From: Camelus ferus
Taxonomy: Eukaryota
DNA: 64,000 bases
Direction of reading: 5' to 3'
Assembly (NCBI RefSeq): GCF_009834535.1
Contig: NC_045696.1
Location: 6,388,001 to 6,452,000 of the forward strand
Below, piece after piece: positions 49,738 to 60,850 of the stretch. Positions within the stretch are counted from its first letter, which is position 1; each line of letters starts with the position of its first letter. Position numbers and translations under genes: made by a program. The notes beneath the pieces are model-generated. The model did no database searches and had not been told where the DNA came from. It saw only the letters and a list, made by a program, of their open reading frames with translations.

Positions 49738-52700
49738 GTACGCAAACACCCTGTGTCATCTGGTCATTGAGGGACCTCCCAGGATGTCCCAGGAGAGCCG
49801 TGACCTAAGTCACGTGACACAAAGCCAGCTCATCCTGGATCTGAAGCGAGTCCTAAACAGTCCTGTTCTGCCTCTGGGGATCTGGAGCCTAGAATCAGTC
49901 AGACAGTTCGTTCAGAGGTGGCATGAACAGTCCCCGAACTGCGGAGTTGAAAGCCGGTCGGCCCCTTAACTAGCTGCTCTCGATGCCTGGCGATAAAGAA
50001 TCAGTCCCATTTTGAGTTTACAGAGGCATATCCGTGTCACCTGTACTGGCCAGGGAACAGCGCAAAGCAAGAGGCATTCCTCTTACATAGCACTAGTGAC
50101 GCATTCCCAGCTGTCGCCAGAGCAGGTGGTTTCAGAGCAGAAGCATGCCATTGATAAAACTTACACCTGAATCTTACTTTATGTCTTTCCCGATGACTTA
50201 CTTAGGTAATTAATGTATGTGTCACTCACACAAAAATATCACGACTTATCAGGTGCCTTTTAGTGCCAAGCAGGACGTTAGATTCTGGGAACCTAAAGGT
50301 GACCCAGACATCAGAAAGCGCCCTGTGCTCAGAAAGCCGGCCTGCTCCTTCCCACATGTCCACAGAGCGCCTCAGCGCCAGCCCCAGTCACACAGCCTGG
50401 GGTTCCAGATGTTTCAGTAGAGCCACCCAGAGCCAGACGCAGACTCACCCACGTAGATGTTTAACCGTGCAGGCCTAGTAACCTAGATCTGGGGAGACAG
50501 ATGGGGATGTTTAACCTAAAGCACTGACTTTACAGTAGAGGCCCCACCTCTAGGGATAGAGGCTGTCGGAGCAGGAAGGGAAAGGAGTCCATCCCCCAGG
50601 AGAGGAGGGAGGAGGCTTCCCGGAGCAAGGGCCGTGCACCAAAGGAGGATCAGGTGTTGCCGGGGGAGAAGGAAGGCTTGGCATTGGGCAAGCATGGTTT
50701 AAATGTCTGTCCCCTCCCCGGGACGTACAACCCCATGAGCGCAATGACATACGACAGCCTCGTGATCGAGGCCACAGGATGGTTTCACTATATTCACACA
50801 TGGATCTAGAATTCCGTCTTCTTAGACCCAAGCTGTTGGGCTTTGACCTCTGTCACGTGTCCAGGCTGCACGAGTCTCAGTCTGAACTGGTCCAAGGCAC
50901 TAAGCTTGCCGCTGCTCTTTCTGCCCAGTGCAGAAGACGAGGGGCCAGGGAGCTAAACAGCCCGAGTGAAGATGCTTCTCAGAGCTGTTCTCACCCTCAC
51001 ACGGCCCTGGTACCTCGTAGTGACTTCAGGCTGGCGCTCTTTTCTTCTCCAGCCTCAGAGAGAAAGTTTGCTCCCCTGTTCCTCCTGGGCAGGTGGTGGA
51101 CAGTGTCAGCCAAAGTGCTTAGTCTCCTCTGTCACAGGCCATTTAATGGTAGACGGGGAGGGAGGACCCAGGGTCTGGAGTGAACTAGACTGGCGCTAAA
51201 GAAACCCACTGTGCAAATTGAAAAAAAGGAAAACTGAAGTGCACACGTCCCACTAGCTCTGGAGAATCCCGAGTTCACCTCCAGCAGATGCGCCCTTGGG
51301 AGAACCTGGGACGTGGAGGAAAATTGCCATGATTTTGTGAGCCTTCTAAAGAACTTTCCATTCATGCTCACAAAAATAAAAGCGATCTGTAAAGCATTCG
51401 GCCAGGGTGTGTTTGTTTGAAGCAATCTCATAGATGCCTTCGGTGGAGTTGCAAAAGCCAGGGACTGTGAGCTGGTGTCAGGGTTGTGCGGAAATATCGC
51501 TACGCTGGTCCTGAGAGTTGGTTCAGTACAATGGTCTGCGCAACCAGCTGGCCTTCTTGCTCCGTAGAACAATGGATCCTGGAGCTTCCTTTTTTCCCAC
51601 TCTGTTTTAGGGTATGGTGGATTTTGAAGACATGGTGCCTCAGGTGTTAGAGAGGAGAGTGGCTGGGGTGTGATGGCTGGGACACCCCTCAGCCCAGGGA
51701 GAGACAAGGGTGGCCAGTGCTAATTCACCTAGCAAGGCTCAGATCATGCTCTTCCTTGGGTCTGTCATTTGAGGATGACTTGAAAGAGATTCAGTTTGTC
51801 CTAGAAATACTTGTTTTGATGGCTGCTACTGTGATTTTGAATGGAGATGCAAATGTTGGTCTCTGAGCTACAAAGAATTTAAATCAGAGTAACTGAGCCA
51901 GAGAACTGTTTGCTGTCAGCCAGATTCACGGATTTGACATTGAGTAAGAGACTTACTTGTATACCTTGGGCAGACCAGCGATAACTGCAGGAGAGATTTT
52001 GTCAGTATGAGAGCCTATAACAGGTCAGAGGGAGAACTTTGTGGTGACCCAGGGAGGATGGGCATTGCAGGAGTCACTGAGGGAGGGAGTCACTGGGAAT
52101 CTGTGACCCTGTGGTCAGTGGGCATCTGACTGCTTTCAGGAGGGGTGACTGCTGACTCTGCTTGGGAGAGGTCCTTGGGTCCTTGGGAATAGAGACCCGA
52201 GTCCCTGTTCCCAGGCACTCTTGGTTTTCTGTGTCCCCTCCATTCCTACATCCAGGGAAGCCGGGGACCCCTTCCTCCCGCACATGTGGAGTCCTCCTTC
52301 CTGGTGCTCCCTCCCCACACCCCCTGCCCCTCCTCCTTCTTTTCCTTCCTGCCTTAAGTAGCCACCCCTAATCTGCCTTTTCTTTTCATAGCCTGACCTT
52401 CCAGTAGGTCATGTATCCCAGTGCCCCCTTACTGCCTGCACTCCACGGACCGTTCAGCGACCTTACAGACAGCCCGTGACGGACAATACACTCTATGTTC
52501 ACGCCCCATCCCCTCTCTTGCCATACTTGTTCCTGTTTATTTTTTCCAAATGTTCCTGATTCAAAATGCACCTTCCTTCATGATCCCTTTGTTGAATTAA
52601 CATTTAAATCAGTTCCTCCTCTATTCTTGGAAAGTGCTAGCACATAGGCATAGCAGTTTGCCTTCTGTTTTTATGATCATATCTTACGGTGTCGCATCGG

Positions 52701-54893
52701 TTTCCCAGGTAGTCCCTTATTAATACCAGAAGCGCTTTCCCCGTCTCCCCCGTAAGCATCCTTCTTTGCTGAACGCATGCCTTTTAGGGCCGTGGCCCTT
52801 TGAGGACTCAAGGGGCATGAGTAGAGACAGTTCTGACTCAGAGGAACTTGTGAGCTGGCTTTTGACCTCGAGATGTGCCACCCTGCCTGGCCTCTTAGAA
52901 GCAGTGTCTGCGGAAGCTGTGGGGTGTGCCGAGGACTTTCTGTAACCCCGCCCTCCCCTTCTCCATCACCATGGCGGCCCACGCCCCATGAGGCGCACTG
53001 AGGATGTTATCAAGAGCCTGGAGAGTTGGGCCTGTGAATGCAGCCTTGACTTTCACTTTTCAGCTGGTGCTTCTCAAGGGTTTGTCAGAATCTTAAATGA
53101 TTCCTCCTTTGGCGTTGGCAGCTGGGCGCCACTTGGCATCTCCAGTCACCACGAGACAACACAGCTGATGCCCTTTCTCCTCAGTTAAGTGCTCTGTAAA
53201 GCCTGTATCACAGCAAATGACCAAAAATGTGTATTCTTTACTTTGCCCAGGCGATGCTGTAGCCACAGAGATCTGCACACCTGGGAGGGAAGGAGAGGCA
53301 AATGCCCCCAGATCTCCATGTCTTTGACAGAGGAGTTTAGAGAACTGTAGGAAAACTAGAGGAAAACCAGAGGAAAACCAGAGGGGGTTGACTTAATCAT
53401 GCTAGTAGGCTTGACTCTAAAAATTCCTTGCATTAAATAGGGGCTTATAGATTGGTTTTGGGCGATAGCTCTCAGTCTTTCTGTCTTTGCCACTAGCATC
53501 TAAGTTCACTGAAGGTGGGCAGATTTCATCCTTTCACAGCCAGTGCGCAGGGAGCCAGGGACCTCTGGAGTTCCTTTGTCAACATGGCGTGGATCCTATA
53601 GAATGAAGATAAGCCCTCTCGTGATCCAAGTTCTGGTCCTTTAAAAAATAAAGTGGTGGGTGGACGTCAAGAGGGCTAGAGGGCTGTTCGTCCCTAAGCT
53701 TGAAGAAAGGAGAATATAAAAAATCCTGCAGGAAGGGCAGCGAGGATGCTGACATAATTCATTGATGTCCAGGGAAGGGAGTGGGTCGGGGAGGAGTCTT
53801 ATTCAGAATCAGAAACTGGTCGTCACTCCCAGTAAAGAAACAGAGGTGCTGGTGTCGGGAGAGCCAACGCCAGGCAGATTCCTGTGTGTAGTTTCCTGTT
53901 TGGGGGTCTAGATCAAGGCATAGAGCGTTCTTCTTTGGTAATCCGTATGAAATAGGGTTACTAAGCTGCCTATGAAATGGCTTTTAAAAAGTTCAGTTTT
54001 TAAACATGATCTGTTACATAAAAAATAGCAGGGCCAATGCCAGAAAGCAGCCTTCCCTGACACAGGACCTTCTGCCAAGGGTATGAGTTAATTACCTTGA
54101 AGATTAGAGCTAAAGGGAAATGGAGAGTGGGTGGAAATGACACCAGGAATTAAATGCAAACCGTGTTCTCACTAGAAGTCCTGTGATCTACTGTCCAGAA
54201 GGGGCTAATGTACATGGAGTAACAATTTTTCAAGCAGCCAATGAGTAGAACTGCACAAAACTGGCCCTGTTGGAGGTGGTGTAGCTGCTGACAAGGTCCC
54301 TGAGATGATTGTCTCTCATCTCCACAGGGCTTAGCTCAACAGTCCCCAGTGTCACGTCCCCCAGGAGGGGGCTTGCCGCCCATGGCATGTGATCGGTAGC
54401 TGATAAGAGTCAGAATTTCATGAACAAAAACAAAAGCCCACTTATCTCCCAGGGCAATATGTTTATGAACACATTCATCATTGTTCATATAAACATCTCA
54501 GATTCTTGGCTGAGAATCAGACTTAGAGTTGTTTAGGTCCAGACTTACTTTCAAGGGAGGATGAGACATGGCTTTACACCCTAAGGACTTTATGAAGAAA
54601 GCGTCTCAAAATATTTTTCTCTGAGTAGTTTGATGTTTAATTTTTTTCCAGCCACCTTTCAGTGGGCAATATTTTTAGGTTTAAAATAGCAGCCAGCTGA
54701 CCTACTGACACTTGCCAGGAATTCCATTCGTGGTCTCATATTTCAGGTAAAAGCATTCAATCTAGAACTCTTCCCACACATACATGTATTTATATATTTA
54801 TTTATTTATTTAAACACACTCAGGTAGCATTTCTGAAACCATTATCTGTAGGAACACAGATTTCTAGAGGAGAACAGTAGGAATTGTCTACAA

Positions 54894-55180
54894 CAGGCTT
54901 TCTCAAGCTTTAGCGGGCGCCCAAGTCAACTGGGATCTTGTGGAAATGCACACTCTGACTTAGTAGATCTAGAGTGAGATTCTGCATATTTGGGGGGAAG
55001 GGGGGAGGTAATTAGGTTTACTTATATTTTAATGGAGGTACTGGAGATTGAACCCAGGACCTCGTGCATGCTAAGCACACATTCTACCACTGAGCTCCAC
55101 CCTCCCCACGAGATTCTGCATTTCTAACAAGCTCCTGGATGTTGCCAGTATTGCTGGGTCTGTGGACCACACTTTGCAAA
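54894..55180 (-). mobile_element. MER5A-like MITE split by a SINE insertion
   Basis: ttctcaagcttta...gggatcttgtggaaatgca...[SINE]...ttctaacaagctcc...gtggaccacactttg. Confidence 0.8.
54988..55109 (-). mobile_element. tRNA-derived SINE (Vic-1-like, camelid) with 12-bp TSD
   Basis: Reverse complement GGGGAGGGTGGAGCTCAGTGGTAGAATG...GGTCCTGGGTTCAATCTCCAGTACCTCC (A and B boxes) plus AAACCTAATTACCTCCCCC tail; TSD GAGATTCTGCAT at 54976 and 55110. Confidence 0.9.
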
Positions 55181-56298
55181 TTGAGGATCTAGAACCTATT
55201 TCTGGATTATCTGGCTTTTTCACTTGGTAGACAGGAACCCCTTGGTGATACGCCTGTCTGCTCCTGAAGTCGGCTACATGCTCTTACATTGCCCTGCTAA
55301 TCGATTTTTCTTTCTGAGACAATTCTCAAATTGAACCTCTGGCTAAGCATTTTCTAGACAAAATGCAACTGGATGAGAATCCGTACGCAAATGCTCCCTG
55401 AGACATAAGTTGAAATTGAGTTGTAAATTGATAGCGGCTGCAGATTTGATTCCCATGTGTAACCTCAACACCAGGAAAGTGAGAATCTGAGGAACTGGGT
55501 GGGAAAGGCTTACTGTCCAAAGATGCAAAAATGCCAGCCGAGAGGGAGTGGTGAGCAATAGCAGAGTTTCAAAAGCAAAACGATCGACCTCAACCAGAGC
55601 TCTGGAGGGTAGGGTTTCACAGACCACACTCATTGAGATGCTGTGGCCAAACAGACTGAATAAATTAAGGCAATTCTGTGTTGGATTTCACGTTGCATTT
55701 CACTGCTATTCTCTCTGGGAGAGGAAAATAGGAAGAGACACATCTTTTGCAACATAGTTAAGCTTTTTGAAGGTTGACCCACCAAATTTCCAATTTTAAA
55801 CAAGGTTTAAACATGGCTCTGCCCTCCAAGTGAGATTTTATAGCTATCTCCAGGTGTCTGGCAGCAGAATACCTGCTGAAGAACCTGGCTATGGTGTTCA
55901 GCTGGCCCAGAATGACACATGGCATTGAACTGAGAACCATCAATCCAAGAAGATGTAGTTTTGAAATAATTCTGTAATAAGAGTGCATGTGGAAATAGCT
56001 TTGTGTATGCAGAGTTAGTAAGAGCATGCATAATAATGTTTCTTGAATATATTTGTAGTTAAAAATTTTTTTACAAAGTTTATTCCAGGAAGAGCAACTC
56101 ATTGAAAGATAAAACTGTTTTAAAATATTTTTGATATTTTTAAAAGAAACTTGAAATGACTTAGAGTCATAATCATTAACAGAACTTGCAGTGAGCCTGC
56201 AGAAGTATAATTATTCAATTTGCATATGCAAAGTGTGGAAGGTTTGTGGGACAAGTGGCAATACGTTATAAACACAAGAAAATCATTGGCGTATACTT

Positions 56299-56397
56299 CT
56301 TTTGGGGGGGGGTAATTAGGTTTATTTATTTTAATAGAGGTCCTGGGGATGGAACCCAGGACCCCGTGCGCTCTACCCCTGAGCTCTACCCACCCGC
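56299..56397 (-). mobile_element. Vic-1-like SINE with internal deletion
   Basis: ggtaattaggtttatttattttaatagaggtcctggggatggaacccaggaccccgtgc|gctctacccctgagct; lacks the atgctaagca segment found in the other two copies. Confidence 0.85.
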
Positions 56398-57158
56398 TCC
56401 TTACTGGCTTACCCTCAAGCTGTCTACAGTCATTGCTAACATGTTGCCGGGGCAATACTGTCTCAGTCTTGCATCTGATTTGACGCAGTTCATTTTAGAG
56501 AAATTCTAAATTCATTAAGAGAAGGAGAAAGAGTAGACTTTGGCATAGAAAAATAACTAGAACTTGCAGACTGATTTAATATAAATGGGTGAGAATTTAA
56601 AGGGCAAATGAGGGGTGGCTGAGAGAGGCAGCTCGCAAATGAGGGACTAAGAAGGCAGTGCTCGTTTCCAGGGAAGGAGAAGAGGAAGGAGCGCTGAGTG
56701 TCATTTGGCGGATTTAGGGTCAGACCTCAAGCAGGAATCGACTGACTCGTCAGCGTTGAAGGAAGGCTCTGTTTCGGACAGGTCGTGAAGCCAGTAGAGG
56801 GGTGGACCTAGGTCAGCCCCAGCTGGAAGCAGGGCGCGTTAGGCTGTAAGAAGCGTTTGATGGAGTCTTGACCTGATTGTAGGACATTACCTTAAAGAAT
56901 CAGCCAGCTCTGAGAGACGCCATCAGTGCGAGTTTTCAGGTTAACGGGGGAAAATGTTAGCTTAATAAAATAGACAACATCATAATTTGTAAATCAAATC
57001 CAAATCTCATGGAATCCAGGTTGAATGTCCCTTTGGATAACTGAGTTCTCTTGCACAATATTTATTCTGATAAATAAAACACAAAACAAAAAAGCACACG
57101 GAATAGCTGTTATAAAATTACATCACTGATCTCTTAGTCAATTTATTTGTCTTTACAG

Positions 57159-57227
57159 ATTTACCTTACGAACCACCCAGGAGATCAGCCTGGACCAGTC
57201 ATGGCCACCCCACCCCCCAGTCAAAAG
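57159..57227 (+). CDS. ERG: ERG 69-nt exon (DLPYEPPRRSAWTSHGHPTPQSK)
   Basis: Not in the ORF track; read by hand: ttgtctttacag|AT TTA CCT TAC GAA CCA CCC AGG AGA ... TCA AAA G|gtaccg; phase 1 to 1. Confidence 0.97.
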
Positions 57228-57489
57228 GTACCGTGTTGGCTTCCGCTGCCTTGAATCCTCACATCACAAGGCAGAGGATAACTGTTGAGAGAGTAAATAA
57301 TAGTTTCTGTAGCCAGCCTATGCCTTCTCAGCATGAAGTGTCTGTCCGTTTGGCAACAAAGCACAACTCACCTTTAAATGCAATGGCTCTTTCTCTGTTG
57401 GGGTTATACCTATTTCTATAACAAAAAGAAATGAAAGAAGTGAATTTTATTTTATTTTTTAAATGTTTTATTACTATTTTTATTATTTT

Positions 57490-57602
57490 AAGAAGGAAGA
57501 TAATTAGGTTTATTTATGTATTTAAATGGAGGTACTGGGGATTGAACCCAGGACCTCATGCATGCTAAGCAGGCACTCTACCGCTGAGCTATACTCTCCC
57601 CC
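57490..57602 (-). mobile_element. Vic-1-like SINE
   Basis: taattaggtttattt...ggaggtactggggattgaacccaggacctcatgcatgctaagcaggcactctaccgctgagctatactctcccc. Confidence 0.9.
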
Positions 57603-57907
57603 TGTTTATTTTAGACTGCAGTTCATCTTCATCTGTTTTGTAAACTATCTCAATTTTTTTTTTTTAGTTTTGGAAAAAGTAGGGTACAAATACATTTTTT
57701 AAAATAACGTAAAGCACCCTCTTTCTGCTACAGCATTTACATTGGGCTTTATTAGAAAGGACAATTTTTCCTTACCATAAGATGCTTCTTGTTCTAAGAG
57801 TAAGACTATTCTGTTAATCACTGAGGGAACTGATGGAATGATGATCAAAGACCAGTAGCCAAATGCAAGTTCCAGCTAATTGTCTCATTCACTTTTGGAT
57901 TGTTCAG

Positions 57908-57964
57908 CTGCTCAGCCGTCTCCTTCCACAGTGCCCAAAACTGAAGACCAGCGTCCTCAACTAG
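57908..57964 (+). CDS. ERG: ERG 57-nt exon (AAQPSPSTVPKTEDQRPQL)
   Basis: Not in the ORF track; read by hand: ttgttcag|CT GCT CAG CCG TCT CCT ... CAA CTA G|gtatgt; phase 1 to 1. Confidence 0.97.
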   Translation: MLSRLLPQCPKLKTSVLN

Positions 57965-58616
57965 GTATGTTTCAGGGAGCGTCCTGACGGCCATGAGAAA
58001 AGTGACTCAAATGTGTCAATTTCTAAATGAAATTCATGTTCTTTTGTGTTCTCTGTTCTTGCTCTGCACGGAAAGTGGGGGCCAAATGATTAGTCTACTT
58101 AACTGGGACGATTTGAGATTTGGCTAAAACATTCCCCCAAACCTCTGCAATAAATATGGAAAAACCCATCGGGCTTGCACACAGGCTGCGTCTTTGTGAC
58201 GTGTGAGATGAATTCTTTTACTCTCACCTCCCAGGCCACGTGCAGCAGCGGCAGCATGTGTGCCAGGTCCAAGGCGGGGACACTGAGGAAGGCTGCTGCG
58301 GCCAGCACAGCCCTGGGACCCACTGTGGACTGAAGACATTCACCCCGTTTCTGTCCTGGGGTGGAGAGAGCACTGGGCTGGGTATTGGGAACCCCAGGAC
58401 CAAATCTGAGCTTGGCCACCAGCAGGAGGCCTTTAGCAAGAAGCTTCTCTCAGACCCCCATGGCACCTTTTCTAATACAGGAAACGGCGCCCGGTGACTC
58501 TGGTGTGGGAGGCATTTTCCACTCCGAAGTCCGGGTCAGCCTTGTTCCCGCAGTTGCATCAGTCCTGGCCACAGCGATGTCTTTGGAACTTGACTTCTTT
58601 TCTCCTTCTGCCGTAG

Positions 58617-58664
58617 ATCCTTATCAGATTCTTGGACCAACGAGTAGCCGCCTTGCAAATCCAG
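58617..58664 (+). CDS. ERG: ERG 48-nt exon (DPYQILGPTSSRLANP), last exon before the ETS-domain exon, which is beyond the window
   Basis: Acceptor ttctccttctgccgtag|AT, donor CAG|gtgaga; peptide matches ERG/FLI1; no GSGQIQLWQFLL-coding sequence seen in 58665-64000. Confidence 0.97.
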
Positions 58665-58876
58665 GTGAGATACTGTTGATCATTTTGTTCTTCCACAGCT
58701 ATTTTTTTGGCGGTGGCTATTTTGAAAGAGAAACTTGTATTGCTGAGAAATCTTTTCAACTGAACAAATTTAAGTTTTAGGTCTCACTGGATCATTTGCC
58801 TAAGTGGAAAAAAAAATGGATCAGGCTATAAATTAAGATGTAGCTTCAGCAAAGAGCATTATTACCCAATCCAAGC

Positions 58877-59273
58877 TGTGGCAGTTTCCCTAGGGCTGCT
58901 CTAAGAAAGGGGCTTAGACAACAGACATTTATTGTCTCCTGGTTCTAGAGGACAGAAGTTCAAAATCAAACTGTTAGGGTTCGTTCCCTCTGTGGGCCGT
59001 GAAGGAAGGAAGGAGCCCAGACCTGTCTCCCTAGCTTGTAGATGAGCCTCTTCTGCCTGTATCTTTTAGCCTCATCCTCTCTCTCTCTATCTGTGCCCAA
59101 ATGTCCCTTTTCATAAGGACACCAGTCATATTGGATTAGAGCCCACTCAAATGACGTTACTTTAATTTGATGACCTCTCTGAAGACCCTATTTCCAAATA
59201 ACATCACGTTCTGAAGTCCTGGGCAAATCCAACGTATAAATTTGTGGGGACTGACACAGTTTAGTCCATCACA
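58877..59273 (-). mobile_element. MaLR solo LTR (MLT1B/C-like)
   Basis: tgtggcagtttccctagggctgct...taaggacaccagtcatattggattagagcccac...accctatttccaaataa...tccatcaca; TSD CAAGC/CAGGC (4 of 5). Confidence 0.87.
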
Positions 59274-60681
59274 CAGGCAGATAAAATTATATCTTAAAAA
59301 GAAGAACCGTAATTACAACCCTGAGGCTTCAAATTTAGCATCATCTTCTATGAATGGTCTGTTCCTGAGCCTCAAGGCTAGAAGAAAGTGCAGATTCTTA
59401 ACGGACCCGTTTGTAACCTGTACCTCGCCAAGGATCGTCACCTGTCATCACGTTTCAGTGCCAACCAAATTGTTGGATTTGTTTGTATTCAGATCAGAAC
59501 CAGCTGTGCTGGCATCAACTTCAGAAGTTCACAGCATATGTTTGCCTATTCTAAACAGCGAATTCAAATACCAGCATGTCAGAGGCGTATTGCAAATACA
59601 AGCTGGAATGTATCTTTCCTAAACATCGAGGCCAAAATGGGGTGGGAAACGGGACAATTTAGATTCCATCAGGATACATCCCCACGAGGGAATCTATGCT
59701 TTTGAGAAATATGAATATGGTCATTATCGAGCGCCCACATCTTCGACATTAGCTCTTGGTTGATGCTAACTAGTTCAGCAAATACTTTTTGAGCAGCTGA
59801 GCAGTGAGAAGGGTCTGTTTTGTTTATTGCTGTACCCCTGGGCCTAGGCCAGGTGCTCAGTAATTATTTGTTGAATAAATGAATGCGAGGAGTAACACGA
59901 TACCATCCTTGACCCGGAAGCAGCTTACATTCCAGTGGAGAAGTGGACATAGGTTTTTCCCAGCATCTACCTGGTGGCCACGTTTCCTGGGTCTCTGGTC
60001 CCTCCTCATGCTTGTGCCCAGCGTTTCATATGCAGCTGCCTCTATAACCATTCAAATAAAAACGATGACTGTGTCTTGAGATGATCATTATCAGGAGTGC
60101 TTCAGGAAGACTGATCTGGCAGGAGCGGTCAGGAGAGATTAGAGAGGGGAAAAGGACGGAAGCTGAAACGCTCTGGGAAAGTTAACACAATGATGTGAAA
60201 TAACAAACCAACGGCTCCCACCCCAATGATGCAAGTGCTTCTGTCTGTGGTCCCGGCTCCCAGGAGCCCCAGGAGGCCATTGTCTTCATCCTACAGAAGA
60301 GGAATCGGAGGTCCAGACAAACTGGGTAACTTTTCCTGGGTCACACAGGCAATAAGAAGGGAGGCCAGGTGTGAACCCTGACTCTCTGTCTCCAAATTTT
60401 TCTGTTTTCTTGCCCTAGACGGGCCCTGAGTGAACGGGAGGGAAGTGGGAGGTCTTGGAGAATGAGGACCAAGAGAACAGAAAGGAAGGATTTCCATTCC
60501 GTTTGACAACTGTTTTGCGCCTGGGATGGGTATGAGGTCAGGGATGAAGAGGACAGGGTCATGCTGCACCAAGCAAAACCAAACTGGCCCTTTCACTCGT
60601 ACAGGTTGGCTAAATGAAACGTATGTCAGTGCCCATGGTGTCGCAGCTCAACGGTGTGGCTTGGTTGATGGCCTGGGGCCA

Positions 60682-60850
60682 AAGAGAGTTGCTGGCCCCT
60701 CAGCAGAGGGCTCAGTGTCTACTCACACGATGCCCGGTAGCTGGGGGATGCTCGCTGGTGGCAGAAGAGAGTTGCTGGCCCCTCAGCAGATGGCCCGTCT
60801 ACTCACTCAATGCCCGGTAGCCGGGGGACGCTCGCTGGTGGGCTTAGAAG
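60682..60850. repeat. Tandem duplication, two diverged copies of an ~83-bp unit
   Basis: AAGAGAGTTGCTGGCCCCTCAGCAGA begins at 60682 and 60765; both continue GTCTACTCAC...ATGCCCGGTAGC.GGGGGA.GCTCGCTGGTGG. Confidence 0.95.

Noticed and set aside
54988..57602. tRNA-like sequences with A/B boxes
   Set aside because: They carry SINE tails, a TSD and mutations; these are SINE copies, not tRNA genes
58665..58780. Read-through tail after the 48-nt exon
   Set aside because: The donor CAG|gtgaga is near consensus and a 38-codon open stretch is unremarkable
59001..59015. GGAA microsatellite (EWS-ETS response element)
   Set aside because: Only about three units, inside an LTR; too short
60682..60850. 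Repeat-spacer-like pattern suggesting a CRISPR array
   Set aside because: Only two units, the whole unit is duplicated with no unique spacers, no cas genes, and the DNA is mammalian
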